Origin: Myxococcota bacterium | GTDB lineage: Bacteria; Myxococcota_A; Polyangia; Nannocystales; Nannocystaceae | Direction: 5' to 3' | Assembly: GCA_039028615.1 (NCBI GenBank) | Contig: JBCCHT010000059.1 | Location: 1 to 62,059 of the forward strand | DNA: 62,059 bases | Shown: piece after piece, positions 40,024 to 49,074 of the stretch | How positions within the stretch are numbered: the first letter of the stretch is position 1 | How the letters are laid out: each line of letters begins with the position of its first letter | The notes under the pieces: model-generated | What the model saw: only the letters and a program-made list of their open reading frames with translations | Database searches by the model: none | Told to the model about the DNA's origin: nothing | Made by a program: the position numbers and the translations under genes

Positions 40024-41334
40024 GTGTCCGCTGCCAAGCCGCTGTCCCCTCCTCCCATCGCGCAGAACCTCGCCGAGACCTTCGACCCCAGCGGTCGTCA
40101 GGCGGGCGAGAGCCCGCTGTCCCCCTCGATGCAGCAGTTCGCCGAAGAAGCGGCGCGCCTGCCCACCGAGGAGGTCATCGTCAACATGGGCCCGTCCCAC
40201 CCTGCGATGCACGGCACCGTCCGGGTGGTGCTCCGCATCGACGGTGAGCTCATCAAGGACGCCGACGTCCAGATCGGCTACCTGCACCGGGGCTTCGAAA
40301 AAGAGTGCGAGTCCGCCACCTGGTCGCAGGTGTTCCCGTACGTCGACCGCCTCAACTACGTCTCGCCGATGCTCAACAACGTGGGCTTCGCGATGGCGGT
40401 GGAGAAGCTGCTCGGCATCACCGATCGCGTGCCCGAGCGCGCCGAGTACATCCGGGTCATCGCGGGCGAGCTGTCCCGCATCTCCGACCACCTCACCTGC
40501 ATCACCGCCTCGCTCGCCGAGCTGGGCGGGCTCACCACGTTCTTTTGGGGCAACCGCGCCCGCGAGCACGTGTGGGAGCTACTCGAGGACCTCAGCGGCG
40601 CCCGGCTGACCCACAGCTACGCCCGCATCGGCGGCGTGGCCTGGGACCTGACCGAGGGCTTCGAGGACAAGTGCCGCGAGAAGCTCGGCAAGATTCGCTA
40701 CCTCATCGGGGAGATTCGCACGCTCGTCGAGCGCAACCGCATCTTCCTCGATCGCATGGAGAAGGTCGGCTTCATCTCGGCCGAAGACGCGCTGTCCTAC
40801 GGCTTCACCGGCCCCTGCCTGCGCGGCTGCGGCGTGGCCTACGACGTCCGCAAGGACCACCCCTACTCGGTCTACGACCACTTCGACTTCGACATCCCCA
40901 TCGCCGACGGCGGAGACAACCTCGCCCGCTATCTCGTGCGCATCGAAGAGATGGCGCAGTCGATGAGCATCATCGAGCAGGCGCTCATCCAGATCCCGCC
41001 CGGCCCGGTCATCATCGACGACCCCATCGTCGCGCTGCCGGCCAAGCGCGAGGTCTACAACTCCATCGAGGGCATGATCTCGCACTTCAAGCTGATCATG
41101 GACGGGATCAAGGTCCCGCCCGGCGAGGCCTATAGCTACACCGAGGGTGGCAACGGCGAGCTGGGCTTTTACGTGGTCAGCGACGGCTCCGGGCGCCCCT
41201 ACAAGCTCCGCTGCCGTCCTCCCTGCTTCTACATCACGTCCGCGCTGCGCCAGATGATCGTCGGGGCCAACATCGCGGACGTCGTCCCCATCTTCGGCTC
41301 GATCAACATGATCGGCGGCGAGTGTGACCGCTGA
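40024..41334 (+). CDS. nuoD: NADH-quinone oxidoreductase subunit D
   Basis: NMGPSHPAMHG, GYLHRGFEK, DRLNY, GELGFY, GECDR. Confidence 0.96.
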   Translation: MSAAKPLSPPPIAQNLAETFDPSGRQAGESPLSPSMQQFAEEAARLPTEEVIVNMGPSHPAMHGTVRVVLRIDGELIKDADVQIGYLHRGFEKECESATWSQVFPYVDRLNYVSPMLNNVGFAMAVEKLLGITDRVPERAEYIRVIAGELSRISDHLTCITASLAELGGLTTFFWGNRAREHVWELLEDLSGARLTHSYARIGGVAWDLTEGFEDKCREKLGKIRYLIGEIRTLVERNRIFLDRMEKVGFISAEDALSYGFTGPCLRGCGVAYDVRKDHPYSVYDHFDFDIPIADGGDNLARYLVRIEEMAQSMSIIEQALIQIPPGPVIIDDPIVALPAKREVYNSIEGMISHFKLIMDGIKVPPGEAYSYTEGGNGELGFYVVSDGSGRPYKLRCRPPCFYITSALRQMIVGANIADVVPIFGSINMIGGECDR

Positions 41335-41345
41335 ACCAGGGCGCC

Positions 41346-43085
41346 ATGGCCAACCACGATAGCCGCTCCACTTCCACGACCCTCCCGCCCTCCCCGGGTG
41401 CGGTGCCGCCCCCGAGCACCACCCAGGCCCCGCGGGTGGGCGTCGACCTGCGACCCCAGCCCCCCGAGGGCTGGGCCCCGCCCGTCGCCCCCAACCTCCC
41501 CGCCGACGTGGTCGAGGGCGAAGCCACGGTGACCCTGACCATCGACGGTCAGGCGGTCGTCGCACGCGAAGGCACCAACGTCCTCGAAGCCGCCAAGCTC
41601 ATGGGCGAGGACATCTGCCACTTCTGCTACCACCAGGGGCTGTCCATCGCGGCCAGCTGCCGCCAGTGCCTGGTCGAGATCGAGAAGATGGGCAAGCTCC
41701 AGCCCTCCTGCCAGGTGCAGGTGCGCGAGGGCATGGTGGTGCACACCAAGAGCGACACCGTGCTCAAGGCCCGCAAGGACCTGCTCGAGTTCACGCTCAA
41801 AAACCACCCCATCGATTGCCCCATCTGCGACAAGGCCGGCGAGTGCACGCTCCAGCGCCACTACATGGACCACGACCACTCGCTCACCCGCGTGGACGTG
41901 CCCAAGATTCGCAAGGCCAAGCACAAGGACATCGGCCGCGAGATCGTGCTCGACGCCGAGCGCTGCATCCTGTGTAGCCGCTGCGTCCGCTTCTGCGAGG
42001 AAATCCCCGAGACGGCCGAGCTGGCCATGATGTACCGCGGCGACCACGAGTCCCTCGACATCGCCCCCGGCCACCGCCTCGACAACAACTACTCGCTCAA
42101 CACCGTCGACGTGTGCCCCGTGGGCGCGCTGACGGCCAAGGACTTCCGCTTCGCCGTTCGCACCTGGGAGCTGCGCTCCACCGACACCTCCTGCCAGGGC
42201 TGCGCCACCGGTTGCGCCATCGAGCTGCACACCAAGCACGAGTCGGCCTACCGCATCGTGCCCCGCCACGATCCCGAGGTGAACGGGCACTGGATGTGCG
42301 ACCGCGGGCGCTACATGTACAAGCAGCTCGACAGCAGCGAGCGGGTGTTCCACGCCAGCATCGACGGCAAGCCGCGCAGCGTGGCCGAGGTGATCACCGC
42401 CACCGCCAACCGCCTCAAAGAGGCCAAGAAGGTCGCAGTGGTGTTCTCGGCCGCGGCCAGCAACGAAGCCAACGACGCCCTGCGACAGCTGGCCGAGGTG
42501 CTCGTCAACAAGGGCGCCCAGCCCACCCGCTACGTGCTGGGACGACCGCGGGGCGAGGGTGACCACATCCTCAGCGACCCCGACAAGAACCCCAACACCC
42601 ACGGGGCGCTCGATGCCGCGGGCGAGGTCGACAAGCACGAGGCCGAGCTCGCGCTCGAGCTGGCCGGGCGAGCCTACGACGCGGTGGTGTTCCTCGACGA
42701 CGCGGGCGAGCTGTCCGAGGTCGCGCTGGCCGGGCTCAAGGGCATCACCTCGGTGTGCCTCGCCGCTCGGGCCACGCCGCTGGCCGAGGCCTGCACCATC
42801 GTGCTGCCCGCCGCCAGCTGGGCCGAGATCCTCGGCACCACCATCAACCGTCAGCGGCTGCTCCGCATCATGAAGCCCGCGTGGCGACCCGAGCACGACC
42901 GCAAGCACCGGGCCGACCTGCTCCGCGACTTGCTGCTGGCCCTCGGCCTGCGCAACGTCGCCACCGCCAAGGAGCGCACCCGGGCGCTGGCCACCACCCA
43001 CGAGCACGCCGAGCTCACCACCTTGGTGCAAGAGCCCGCCGCGAGCCGCCCCACGCTGCTGCGGTGGGCCAACTCCCGCGGATAG
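41346..43085 (+). CDS. nuoG: NADH-quinone oxidoreductase subunit G (short form)
   Basis: CYH..CRQC..PSC, HPIDCPICDKAGEC, CILCSRC..CPVG, CQGCATGC..MCDRG Fe-S motifs. Confidence 0.9.
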   Translation: MANHDSRSTSTTLPPSPGAVPPPSTTQAPRVGVDLRPQPPEGWAPPVAPNLPADVVEGEATVTLTIDGQAVVAREGTNVLEAAKLMGEDICHFCYHQGLSIAASCRQCLVEIEKMGKLQPSCQVQVREGMVVHTKSDTVLKARKDLLEFTLKNHPIDCPICDKAGECTLQRHYMDHDHSLTRVDVPKIRKAKHKDIGREIVLDAERCILCSRCVRFCEEIPETAELAMMYRGDHESLDIAPGHRLDNNYSLNTVDVCPVGALTAKDFRFAVRTWELRSTDTSCQGCATGCAIELHTKHESAYRIVPRHDPEVNGHWMCDRGRYMYKQLDSSERVFHASIDGKPRSVAEVITATANRLKEAKKVAVVFSAAASNEANDALRQLAEVLVNKGAQPTRYVLGRPRGEGDHILSDPDKNPNTHGALDAAGEVDKHEAELALELAGRAYDAVVFLDDAGELSEVALAGLKGITSVCLAARATPLAEACTIVLPAASWAEILGTTINRQRLLRIMKPAWRPEHDRKHRADLLRDLLLALGLRNVATAKERTRALATTHEHAELTTLVQEPAASRPTLLRWANSRG

Positions 43086-43144
43086 CCCTGCGCCCTTCCG
43101 CTTTGCCGTATCGCGAACCTTCCCGCGTCCCGACCGAGGCCGAG

Positions 43145-45025
43145 ATGAACCACGTCGCCGCGATCTTCTCCCGCTTCGCCGCCCTCCTGCTGGGGCTGCG
43201 CCGCGGTGCCCTGGGGCCCCAACGGCTCGGGGCGCTGGGCCCTGCGCTGTTGCTGGGCCTGCTCACCACCGCCTGCACCGACCCTCCCACCGCCGTCGAA
43301 GACCCGACGCTGGTGCGGCTGGAGCCGGGCGAGATCATCGCCCACCCCAGCACCGATTCGGTCGAGGTATCCGTCGTCAACATCTCCAAGGCCGGGGTCA
43401 CCCTGTCCGGGTATCGCGTGGCGGGCCCCGACTACGCCGGCTTCCAGGTGGCCGAGGACGCCAAGGTCATCACCGTCCCGCCGGGTGAGAGCGCCTCGTT
43501 CCACGTCGGCATCGACTCCGGCTACTTCCTCGGCCCTGGCGACCACGCCCCCGCGGTGCTGCTCGGCGGTGCCGAGCCCGAGCCCGTGGGTCCCGACCAG
43601 TACCGCCCCGGTCAGGCCCAGCTCGTCCTCGACGTCACCCCCGAGCGTGGCGTCGCGGCCGGCATCGAGCCCCAGCAAGCCAGCATCGACGTCCGCTTCG
43701 AGGACCCGCACTGGAGCACGCAGTACCTGCTGCCCGCGCTGGCCAAGATCCTCCTGCTGGTCATGGGCTTCATCATGCCCCTGGCCTCGCTGCTCACGTG
43801 GATGGAGCGCAAGCAGAGCGCGATGATGCAGGACCGGGTCGGCCCCAACATGGCCGCCCTCAAGATCGGTCCGCTGAGCCTCCGGCTCTGGGGCATTCCC
43901 CACTTCATCGCCGACGGCGTGAAGATGCTGTTCAAGGAGGACTTCATCCCCAAGCGCGCCCACCGAGCCCTGTACTCGCTGGCCCCGCTGTTCGCGTTCA
44001 TCCCCGCGCTGGTCGTGTTCGCGATCGTCCCCTTCGGCGACGCCATCTGCTACGACCACCTGCTCGACCCGCTGTCCGACGCCGACGTCGCTCAGTGTGC
44101 CGACGGCCGCGGCGGCACCCCGCTGCAGATCGCCCAGATCGACGTCGGGCTGCTCTACTACTTCGCCATCGCGTCGCTCGCCACCTACGGCACCGCGCTG
44201 GCCGGGTGGTCCAGCTACAACAAGTGGGCCATCCTCGGCGCGCTGCGGGCCTCGGCCCAGATGATCAGCTACGAGGTCGCCATCGGCCTGACCATCGTCG
44301 GCGCGCTGCTGGTCTACGGCACGCTCGAGCCCCACGCGCTGGTGCACGCCCAGCTCGACACCTGGTGGGGCATCGCCCTCCAGCCGGTTGCGTTCATCCT
44401 GTTTTTCACCTCCGCCATGGCGGAGACCAAGCGCGCCCCCTTCGACCTGCCCGAGGGCGAGTCGGAGATCATCGGGTACTTCATCGAGTACTCGGGCATG
44501 CGCTTCGGCCTGTTCTTCCTCGGTGAGTTCATCGAGGTCATCTTCATGTCGGCGATGATCGCCACCCTGTTCCTGGGTGGCTGGAGCCTGCCCTTCGGGA
44601 TGCTCGGCGCGAGCGGCTTCTCCAGCCCGCTGATGGCCCAAGTCTTCCTGACGGCAGTCGGCCTGGGCCTGAGCGTGATGGGCATCGCGGCCTGGCGCAC
44701 GGGCAAGGCGGGCGAGCTGTTCGGCTCGTTCGTCACCCTCGTCGGCGTACTGCACCTGTTCGCCGCGGTGTGGTCGCTGTTCACCGGGTGGGGCGACCAG
44801 GTTCCCCACATCCTGGTGGTCGTGCTCGGCATGGTCATCTGGGGCGGCAAGATCTTCTTGCTCTGCGGCCTCCAGCTCCTCGTCCGCTGGACGCTGCCGC
44901 GCTTCCGCTACGACCAGCTGATGAGTCTGGGGTGGAAGGGCCTGCTGCCGCTGTCCATCGCCAACATCGTCATCACCGCCATCCTGGTGTACCTGCTCAT
45001 GCCGGGGCCGCCCACGGTCCCCTAA
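43145..45025 (+). CDS. nuoH: NADH-quinone oxidoreductase subunit H with N-terminal exported Ig-like extension
   Basis: WMERK..MQDRVGPN, ADGVKMLFKE, LRASAQMISYE, AETKRAPFDLPEGESE, RWTLPRFRYDQLM; about 190 extra in-frame N-terminal residues. Confidence 0.92.
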   Translation: MNHVAAIFSRFAALLLGLRRGALGPQRLGALGPALLLGLLTTACTDPPTAVEDPTLVRLEPGEIIAHPSTDSVEVSVVNISKAGVTLSGYRVAGPDYAGFQVAEDAKVITVPPGESASFHVGIDSGYFLGPGDHAPAVLLGGAEPEPVGPDQYRPGQAQLVLDVTPERGVAAGIEPQQASIDVRFEDPHWSTQYLLPALAKILLLVMGFIMPLASLLTWMERKQSAMMQDRVGPNMAALKIGPLSLRLWGIPHFIADGVKMLFKEDFIPKRAHRALYSLAPLFAFIPALVVFAIVPFGDAICYDHLLDPLSDADVAQCADGRGGTPLQIAQIDVGLLYYFAIASLATYGTALAGWSSYNKWAILGALRASAQMISYEVAIGLTIVGALLVYGTLEPHALVHAQLDTWWGIALQPVAFILFFTSAMAETKRAPFDLPEGESEIIGYFIEYSGMRFGLFFLGEFIEVIFMSAMIATLFLGGWSLPFGMLGASGFSSPLMAQVFLTAVGLGLSVMGIAAWRTGKAGELFGSFVTLVGVLHLFAAVWSLFTGWGDQVPHILVVVLGMVIWGGKIFLLCGLQLLVRWTLPRFRYDQLMSLGWKGLLPLSIANIVITAILVYLLMPGPPTVP

Positions 45026-45052
45026 AGCCGCGTTTCGGAGGTTGCAAGCATC

Positions 45053-45640
45053 ATGACTATCGGCGTCAAGAAGGTCTCTTTGGAGCGCACCAGTCGCGAC
45101 CAGATTTTCCTGCCCGCGATCCTCGAAGGCCTGCTCACCACGGCGCGGCACTTCTTCAAGAACACCTTCACTCCCGGCCACGGTGACGTCGACACGATTC
45201 GCTACGGCGAGCCGGGGGTCGACGTGAAGGACTACTACCCGGAGCGCTTCCGGGGCGTGCACCGCCTCATGCACCGCGAGGACGGCTCCGTCCGCTGCGT
45301 CGCGTGCATGTGCTGCTCGACGGTGTGCCCGGCCAAGTGCATCTACATCGAGGCCGAGGATCGGCACGACGACTCCGAGAAGGCCCCGCAGAGCTTCGTC
45401 ATCGACGAGCTCAAGTGCGTGGTCTGTGGCTTCTGCGTCGAGGCGTGCCCCTGCGATGCGATTCGCATGGACAGCCGCGAGCACATGATCCCCACCGAGA
45501 CCCGCGAAGAGGCCGTGCTCGGCAAGGTCGACTTGATGGCGCGCGGTGGACCGAGCGTGGCCGTGCAAGGTGGCGTGGGCGACAACTATCGCGAGACCGC
45601 GCCCAAGGCCGACCCGCGATTCAGCCACGACCCGCGCTGA
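45053..45640 (+). CDS. nuoI: NADH-quinone oxidoreductase subunit I
   Basis: RFRGVH, CVACMCCSTVCP, CVVCGFCVEACP. Confidence 0.95.
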   Translation: MTIGVKKVSLERTSRDQIFLPAILEGLLTTARHFFKNTFTPGHGDVDTIRYGEPGVDVKDYYPERFRGVHRLMHREDGSVRCVACMCCSTVCPAKCIYIEAEDRHDDSEKAPQSFVIDELKCVVCGFCVEACPCDAIRMDSREHMIPTETREEAVLGKVDLMARGGPSVAVQGGVGDNYRETAPKADPRFSHDPR

Positions 45641-45769
45641 CGCGAGCGTCGATTTTCGGGGTCGTCGACCGAGTCGTTGTCAAGAGATTCGGCCGTGACC
45701 GTCGGCATGTCGCGGGCCCGATTTACCGGGCCCGGTGCAAGCATTTGATGTCGCCGCCGGACCTCGCGG

Positions 45770-45778
45770 TGCTACGCT
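45770..45778 (+). promoter_or_regulatory. Extended -10 promoter element for the 6S RNA
   Basis: TGCTACGCT (TGnTAnnnT) ends 6 nt before the predicted RNA 5' end. Confidence 0.55.
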
Positions 45779-45784
45779 GACTGG

Positions 45785-45954
45785 GCACGGCCGCTGTCCG
45801 AGTCGTAAAGCTCTTCCTACTGACCGTTCAACCAGGGAATCGCCGCTGTCCGTGGGAGCGCAGGCCCGTCCGGCGGGAAGCCCGAAGCGGTTATTCGCGA
45901 TGCCCACCTGCCAGGTGTAGGGGTTGAGCTTGTCATCGCCGGACAGCGGCCTGC
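45785..45954 (+). ncRNA. ssrS: 6S RNA
   Basis: About 170 nt; perfect closing stem GGCCGCTGTCCG (45789-45800) / CGGACAGCGGCC (45940-45951); 6S-typical CCCACCTG...GGGTTGA 3' strand; upstream extended -10 and downstream T-run. Confidence 0.8.
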
Positions 45955-46062
45955 TCCTTTTCTTCCGTTGAACGCCACGCGGCGTTTCGAACGAAAAACG
46001 GGCAGCCGAGGTGCCCCGAAGCACCTCGACTGCCCTGCCCGATTCGTCTCGGAAAAAACCCG

Positions 46063-47163
46063 TCAGGCGCCCCAGAAACGATGCCGGCCGCCTCGACGCA
46101 GCGGACGAACCCGTGCCGTGGACTGCCCGTTGCCGGCCTTGGCCTTGCCGCCGCGAACGGTCACCGCCGGGACGGTCTCGTCGAGGGTGGGCTGCGGACG
46201 GCGCCCTTCGTGCGCATCGCGACCCAGCGCGCCACAAAAGTTGAGATTGACGTAGTGCCCGTCGTCTTCCACGACCCGGCACGTGAGCACGACCGTGTGT
46301 GGACGCCCGTTGCAGACCAGCTCGATGGCCAGCCACAGCACCGAGCTGCTGCGGAGCTTGTGAACGGGACTCAATAGCCGCGCGCCGTCGACCCCGAGCT
46401 CCACGATCGCCACCGGGATCTCCCGGCCGGACGCCGAGCGAAGCCCCGCGGGCACGTAGCAGACGAAGCGCGGAAAGTACCGCGGCTCGTGCCGTGGAAT
46501 CGCCTTGCCGGTGAAGGGCCGACACAACGCATCGTGCAGGCTCGAGATGCGATCGAGCTGCTGCGGGTCGTGAATCTCGCGACGGTCGAGCCGCAGCCGC
46601 AGCCGGCGGTATTCCACGAGATCGTCGACCAGGTTGCCGCGGTAGGTCGAGCCGTCCGCTCGCTTGGCGGTGATCGGGTGGCGGTTGTCGTTGGGCTCCC
46701 CGCTCGGCTCGGCGACGCTTCCCGTCGGCGGCTTCAGTTTGTTCACGTCGTACTCGATGGTCCCCCGCCGACTCCGAGCCCCGTGGTAGCTGACGGCGAA
46801 GACCTCCTCCTCGCACTCGGGGCGAGGCGGCGCGGGCTCGTCCTCGTAGATGAGCGAGGTCTCGAAGATGCGGAAGACGGTGCCCGGTCGCAGGAACTGG
46901 CGACGAATCTGCTCGTTGTCGACGCTCGTGCCGTTGCTGCTGTCGAGATCGACGAGCCAGTGCCCGCCCCGGGGATCCTCGACGAGCTTCGCGTGGTCAC
47001 GCGAGATTCCGTCGTCGAGGATCTGGATGTCTGCATCGACGCGGCGGCCGATGCCCGTCGAGCCCTGCAGGGGATAGGTCGCGCCGCGTAGCGGGCCGTC
47101 GAGCACGCGTACGCGCCGACGGACCTGCACCATGTCGTCGAGGGTCGGTCTGTCCATCATCAT
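46063..47163 (-). CDS. FHA domain + PilZ-like domain protein (paralogue 2)
   Basis: FHA IGR/ISRDHA/DLDSSNGT; PilZ RYFPR and ELGVDG; AGGAGG SD before three in-frame ATGs (47163/47160/47157). Confidence 0.85.
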   Translation of the reverse strand: MMMDRPTLDDMVQVRRRVRVLDGPLRGATYPLQGSTGIGRRVDADIQILDDGISRDHAKLVEDPRGGHWLVDLDSSNGTSVDNEQIRRQFLRPGTVFRIFETSLIYEDEPAPPRPECEEEVFAVSYHGARSRRGTIEYDVNKLKPPTGSVAEPSGEPNDNRHPITAKRADGSTYRGNLVDDLVEYRRLRLRLDRREIHDPQQLDRISSLHDALCRPFTGKAIPRHEPRYFPRFVCYVPAGLRSASGREIPVAIVELGVDGARLLSPVHKLRSSSVLWLAIELVCNGRPHTVVLTCRVVEDDGHYVNLNFCGALGRDAHEGRRPQPTLDETVPAVTVRGGKAKAGNGQSTARVRPLRRGGRHRFWGA

Positions 47164-47570
47164 GTTCCTCCTTCGGCGCCGGTCGAGTCCGCCATGCCGT
47201 GCGTGTCCCCGCCGTCCCCCGACTCGGCGCTCACCCCCGAGGTCGCGACGAGCTCGTGGGGAGGCGGCCCGGACTCCGACGCGGCGCCCGTCGTCGCGCC
47301 GGAATCCGAGCCGTCTCCAGCAGGCCCCGTGGGACGACGCGTCGTCTCGGTGCCGACCTCGGAGCCCCCCGCTCCCGTCTCGGCGTCCTCCCCCGTCCCG
47401 ACCGCCCCGCCGGGCCACGAAGGGCACTGAGGCAGCAGTGGGTCGCCCCCCGGGCACGGCCCACCGCACGCCAGCCCGAACGACGCGGCCAGCCCCAGTC
47501 CCGCCACGAGCCCGCCCCCGACAGACACGGCCCGCGTCCCCCCGACCGATGGAGACCGGTGCACCATCAC
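47160..47570 (-). CDS. Small Gly/Thr/Ser-rich lipoprotein
   Basis: LVAGLGLAASFGLAC lipobox then CGGPC..C and a low-complexity tail; 4-nt overlaps with both neighbours. Confidence 0.65.
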   Translation of the reverse strand: MMVHRSPSVGGTRAVSVGGGLVAGLGLAASFGLACGGPCPGGDPLLPQCPSWPGGAVGTGEDAETGAGGSEVGTETTRRPTGPAGDGSDSGATTGAASESGPPPHELVATSGVSAESGDGGDTHGMADSTGAEGGT

Positions 47571-48676
47571 CTCGGCTCCCCCGGCAGTTCCTCTTCGTCG
47601 ATGACGTGCGTCGGGTACTCGACCTCGGTCTTCATCAGGTGCAGCCGCCGCGACCCCGACTCGTGCGGGCTGCCGTAGGGGCGCATCTCCTGGTTGGTGC
47701 GCTGGGCGATCGGCTCGTGCCGCTTCTGCCCCCGCGGCGACCAGCCCGGCGCCCCCGCGAAGCTCACCCCCAGGTTGCCCCCTCGCACCCAGATGACCCG
47801 CGCGGGGAACACCAGCGTATGCGTGCCGCCCCCTCGGTTGCGCTCCACCGCCAGCCACACCAGGGTGTCGACCATGATCGAGTGTGCCCCCACCTCGATC
47901 TCGGCCCCGTCGACGCCGATCTCCACCACGTCGATGGCGTGCTCCTCCCCCGTGAACATCCGCAGGCTGCCGTCGATGCGGCACGAGAAGCGGTGATAGG
48001 TGCGGATGCCCCCCGCGGTGGGGAACGCGGCCCCGCCCGGTCGCATGCGCTGCTCGAGGTCGCGAAAGCTCGCGCCCTGCGTGGACGACTGCGGCTCACC
48101 CCGCAGCACTCGCGTGCGGAGGGCCCGGTACTCGGCGATGTCTCCGATGACGTCTCCGTGGTACTGGACGCGCCCCGGGTGGTCGGCGGAGGCTGAGCTC
48201 CGCCCCGGCTCCGAGACCCCGGAGGCTGCCTCCTGGCTGCCCTGGAAGGCCGAGTAGGCGATGGTGGTGCGGTGCGCGGGCGGTCCGTCCCCCGTCGTCG
48301 CGACCACGGCCCCTTCCTCGAGTGGTTCGAGCGCGCGGACCTCCTCCTCGTAGACCATCCGATAGCGCATCACCTCGAAGATGGTGCCCACCTCGAGCAC
48401 CGTTCGGTTGACCCGACGCTGCTCGACGAATGTGCCATTGGTGCTCTCGAGATCGATGAGCACGTGGTTGCCATCGATGTCGGTCATGATGCACGCGTGC
48501 TGCCGCGAGACGCCGTCGTGCACGATCTGGATGTCACAATCGATGTCGCGGCCGATGGTCAGCCGCACGCTGGGGTCGAAGGTCGCATCCCGCAGGGGCC
48601 CATTGAGCACCCGAATTCGGCGGTTGCCGGCCGGTGCGTCCGCAATCGCCATGACGCTCACCGGGCCCTCCGACAC
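47567..48676 (-). CDS. FHA domain + PilZ-like domain protein (paralogue 1)
   Basis: FHA IGR/VSRQHA/DLESTNGT; PilZ RTYHR and EIGVDG, ARVIW. Start may be 48661 or 48652. Confidence 0.85.
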   Translation of the reverse strand: MSEGPVSVMAIADAPAGNRRIRVLNGPLRDATFDPSVRLTIGRDIDCDIQIVHDGVSRQHACIMTDIDGNHVLIDLESTNGTFVEQRRVNRTVLEVGTIFEVMRYRMVYEEEVRALEPLEEGAVVATTGDGPPAHRTTIAYSAFQGSQEAASGVSEPGRSSASADHPGRVQYHGDVIGDIAEYRALRTRVLRGEPQSSTQGASFRDLEQRMRPGGAAFPTAGGIRTYHRFSCRIDGSLRMFTGEEHAIDVVEIGVDGAEIEVGAHSIMVDTLVWLAVERNRGGGTHTLVFPARVIWVRGGNLGVSFAGAPGWSPRGQKRHEPIAQRTNQEMRPYGSPHESGSRRLHLMKTEVEYPTHVIDEEELPGEPR

Positions 48677-48870
48677 CGAATGGCGACCGACTCACACCCC
48701 ACACGCTCCTGTTCCACTACGCTGTTCATTGCGAACCCCTTCCCTCACCCAATCCGTTTTTCAACAAACTGCCACCCAATGTGTCCCCCCGAAGAGGCCA
48801 CCGACCAGGTTGCGAGCCGTCCCTCGCGTCTCCCTGGCGTTTGCTGTCAATTGATTTCTAACAGTTCATT

Positions 48871-48896
48871 CCAGTGGATTCACCTGTCAGAAGTAC
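48871..48896 (-). promoter_or_regulatory. Shared regulatory box upstream of the FHA-PilZ operon
   Basis: Minus strand GTACTTCTGACAGGTGAATCCACTGG, 22/26 identical to 54882-54907. Confidence 0.65.
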
Positions 48897-49011
48897 CTGT
48901 TGTCACGTAAACGGTGCGGGGAATATCGCCACGGGATCACCTGCTAGCGACCCGTTGATGACGATTGAGGGCTCTTCGAGCCTCCGCCACGGCTACCGTT
49001 GCTGCCGAACA

Positions 49012-49048
49012 TGAAATACGCCGCGCGGGAGGGGACTCCCGCGCGGCG
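49012..49048 (-). terminator. Intrinsic terminator of the ompA-lipoprotein operon
   Basis: Perfect 13-bp stem 49019-49031 / 49036-49048, 4-nt loop, followed by TATTTCA on the minus strand. Confidence 0.75.
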
Positions 49049-49074
49049 CCGATGAGCCGCTGAAGGTGGACTGT

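Noticed and set aside
45785..45954. SRP RNA or a riboswitch instead of 6S
   Set aside because: No SRP helix-8 GGAA tetraloop with CAGG/AGCA loop; the long closing stem and 3' CCCACCTG..GGGTTGA fit 6S; no downstream + strand gene.
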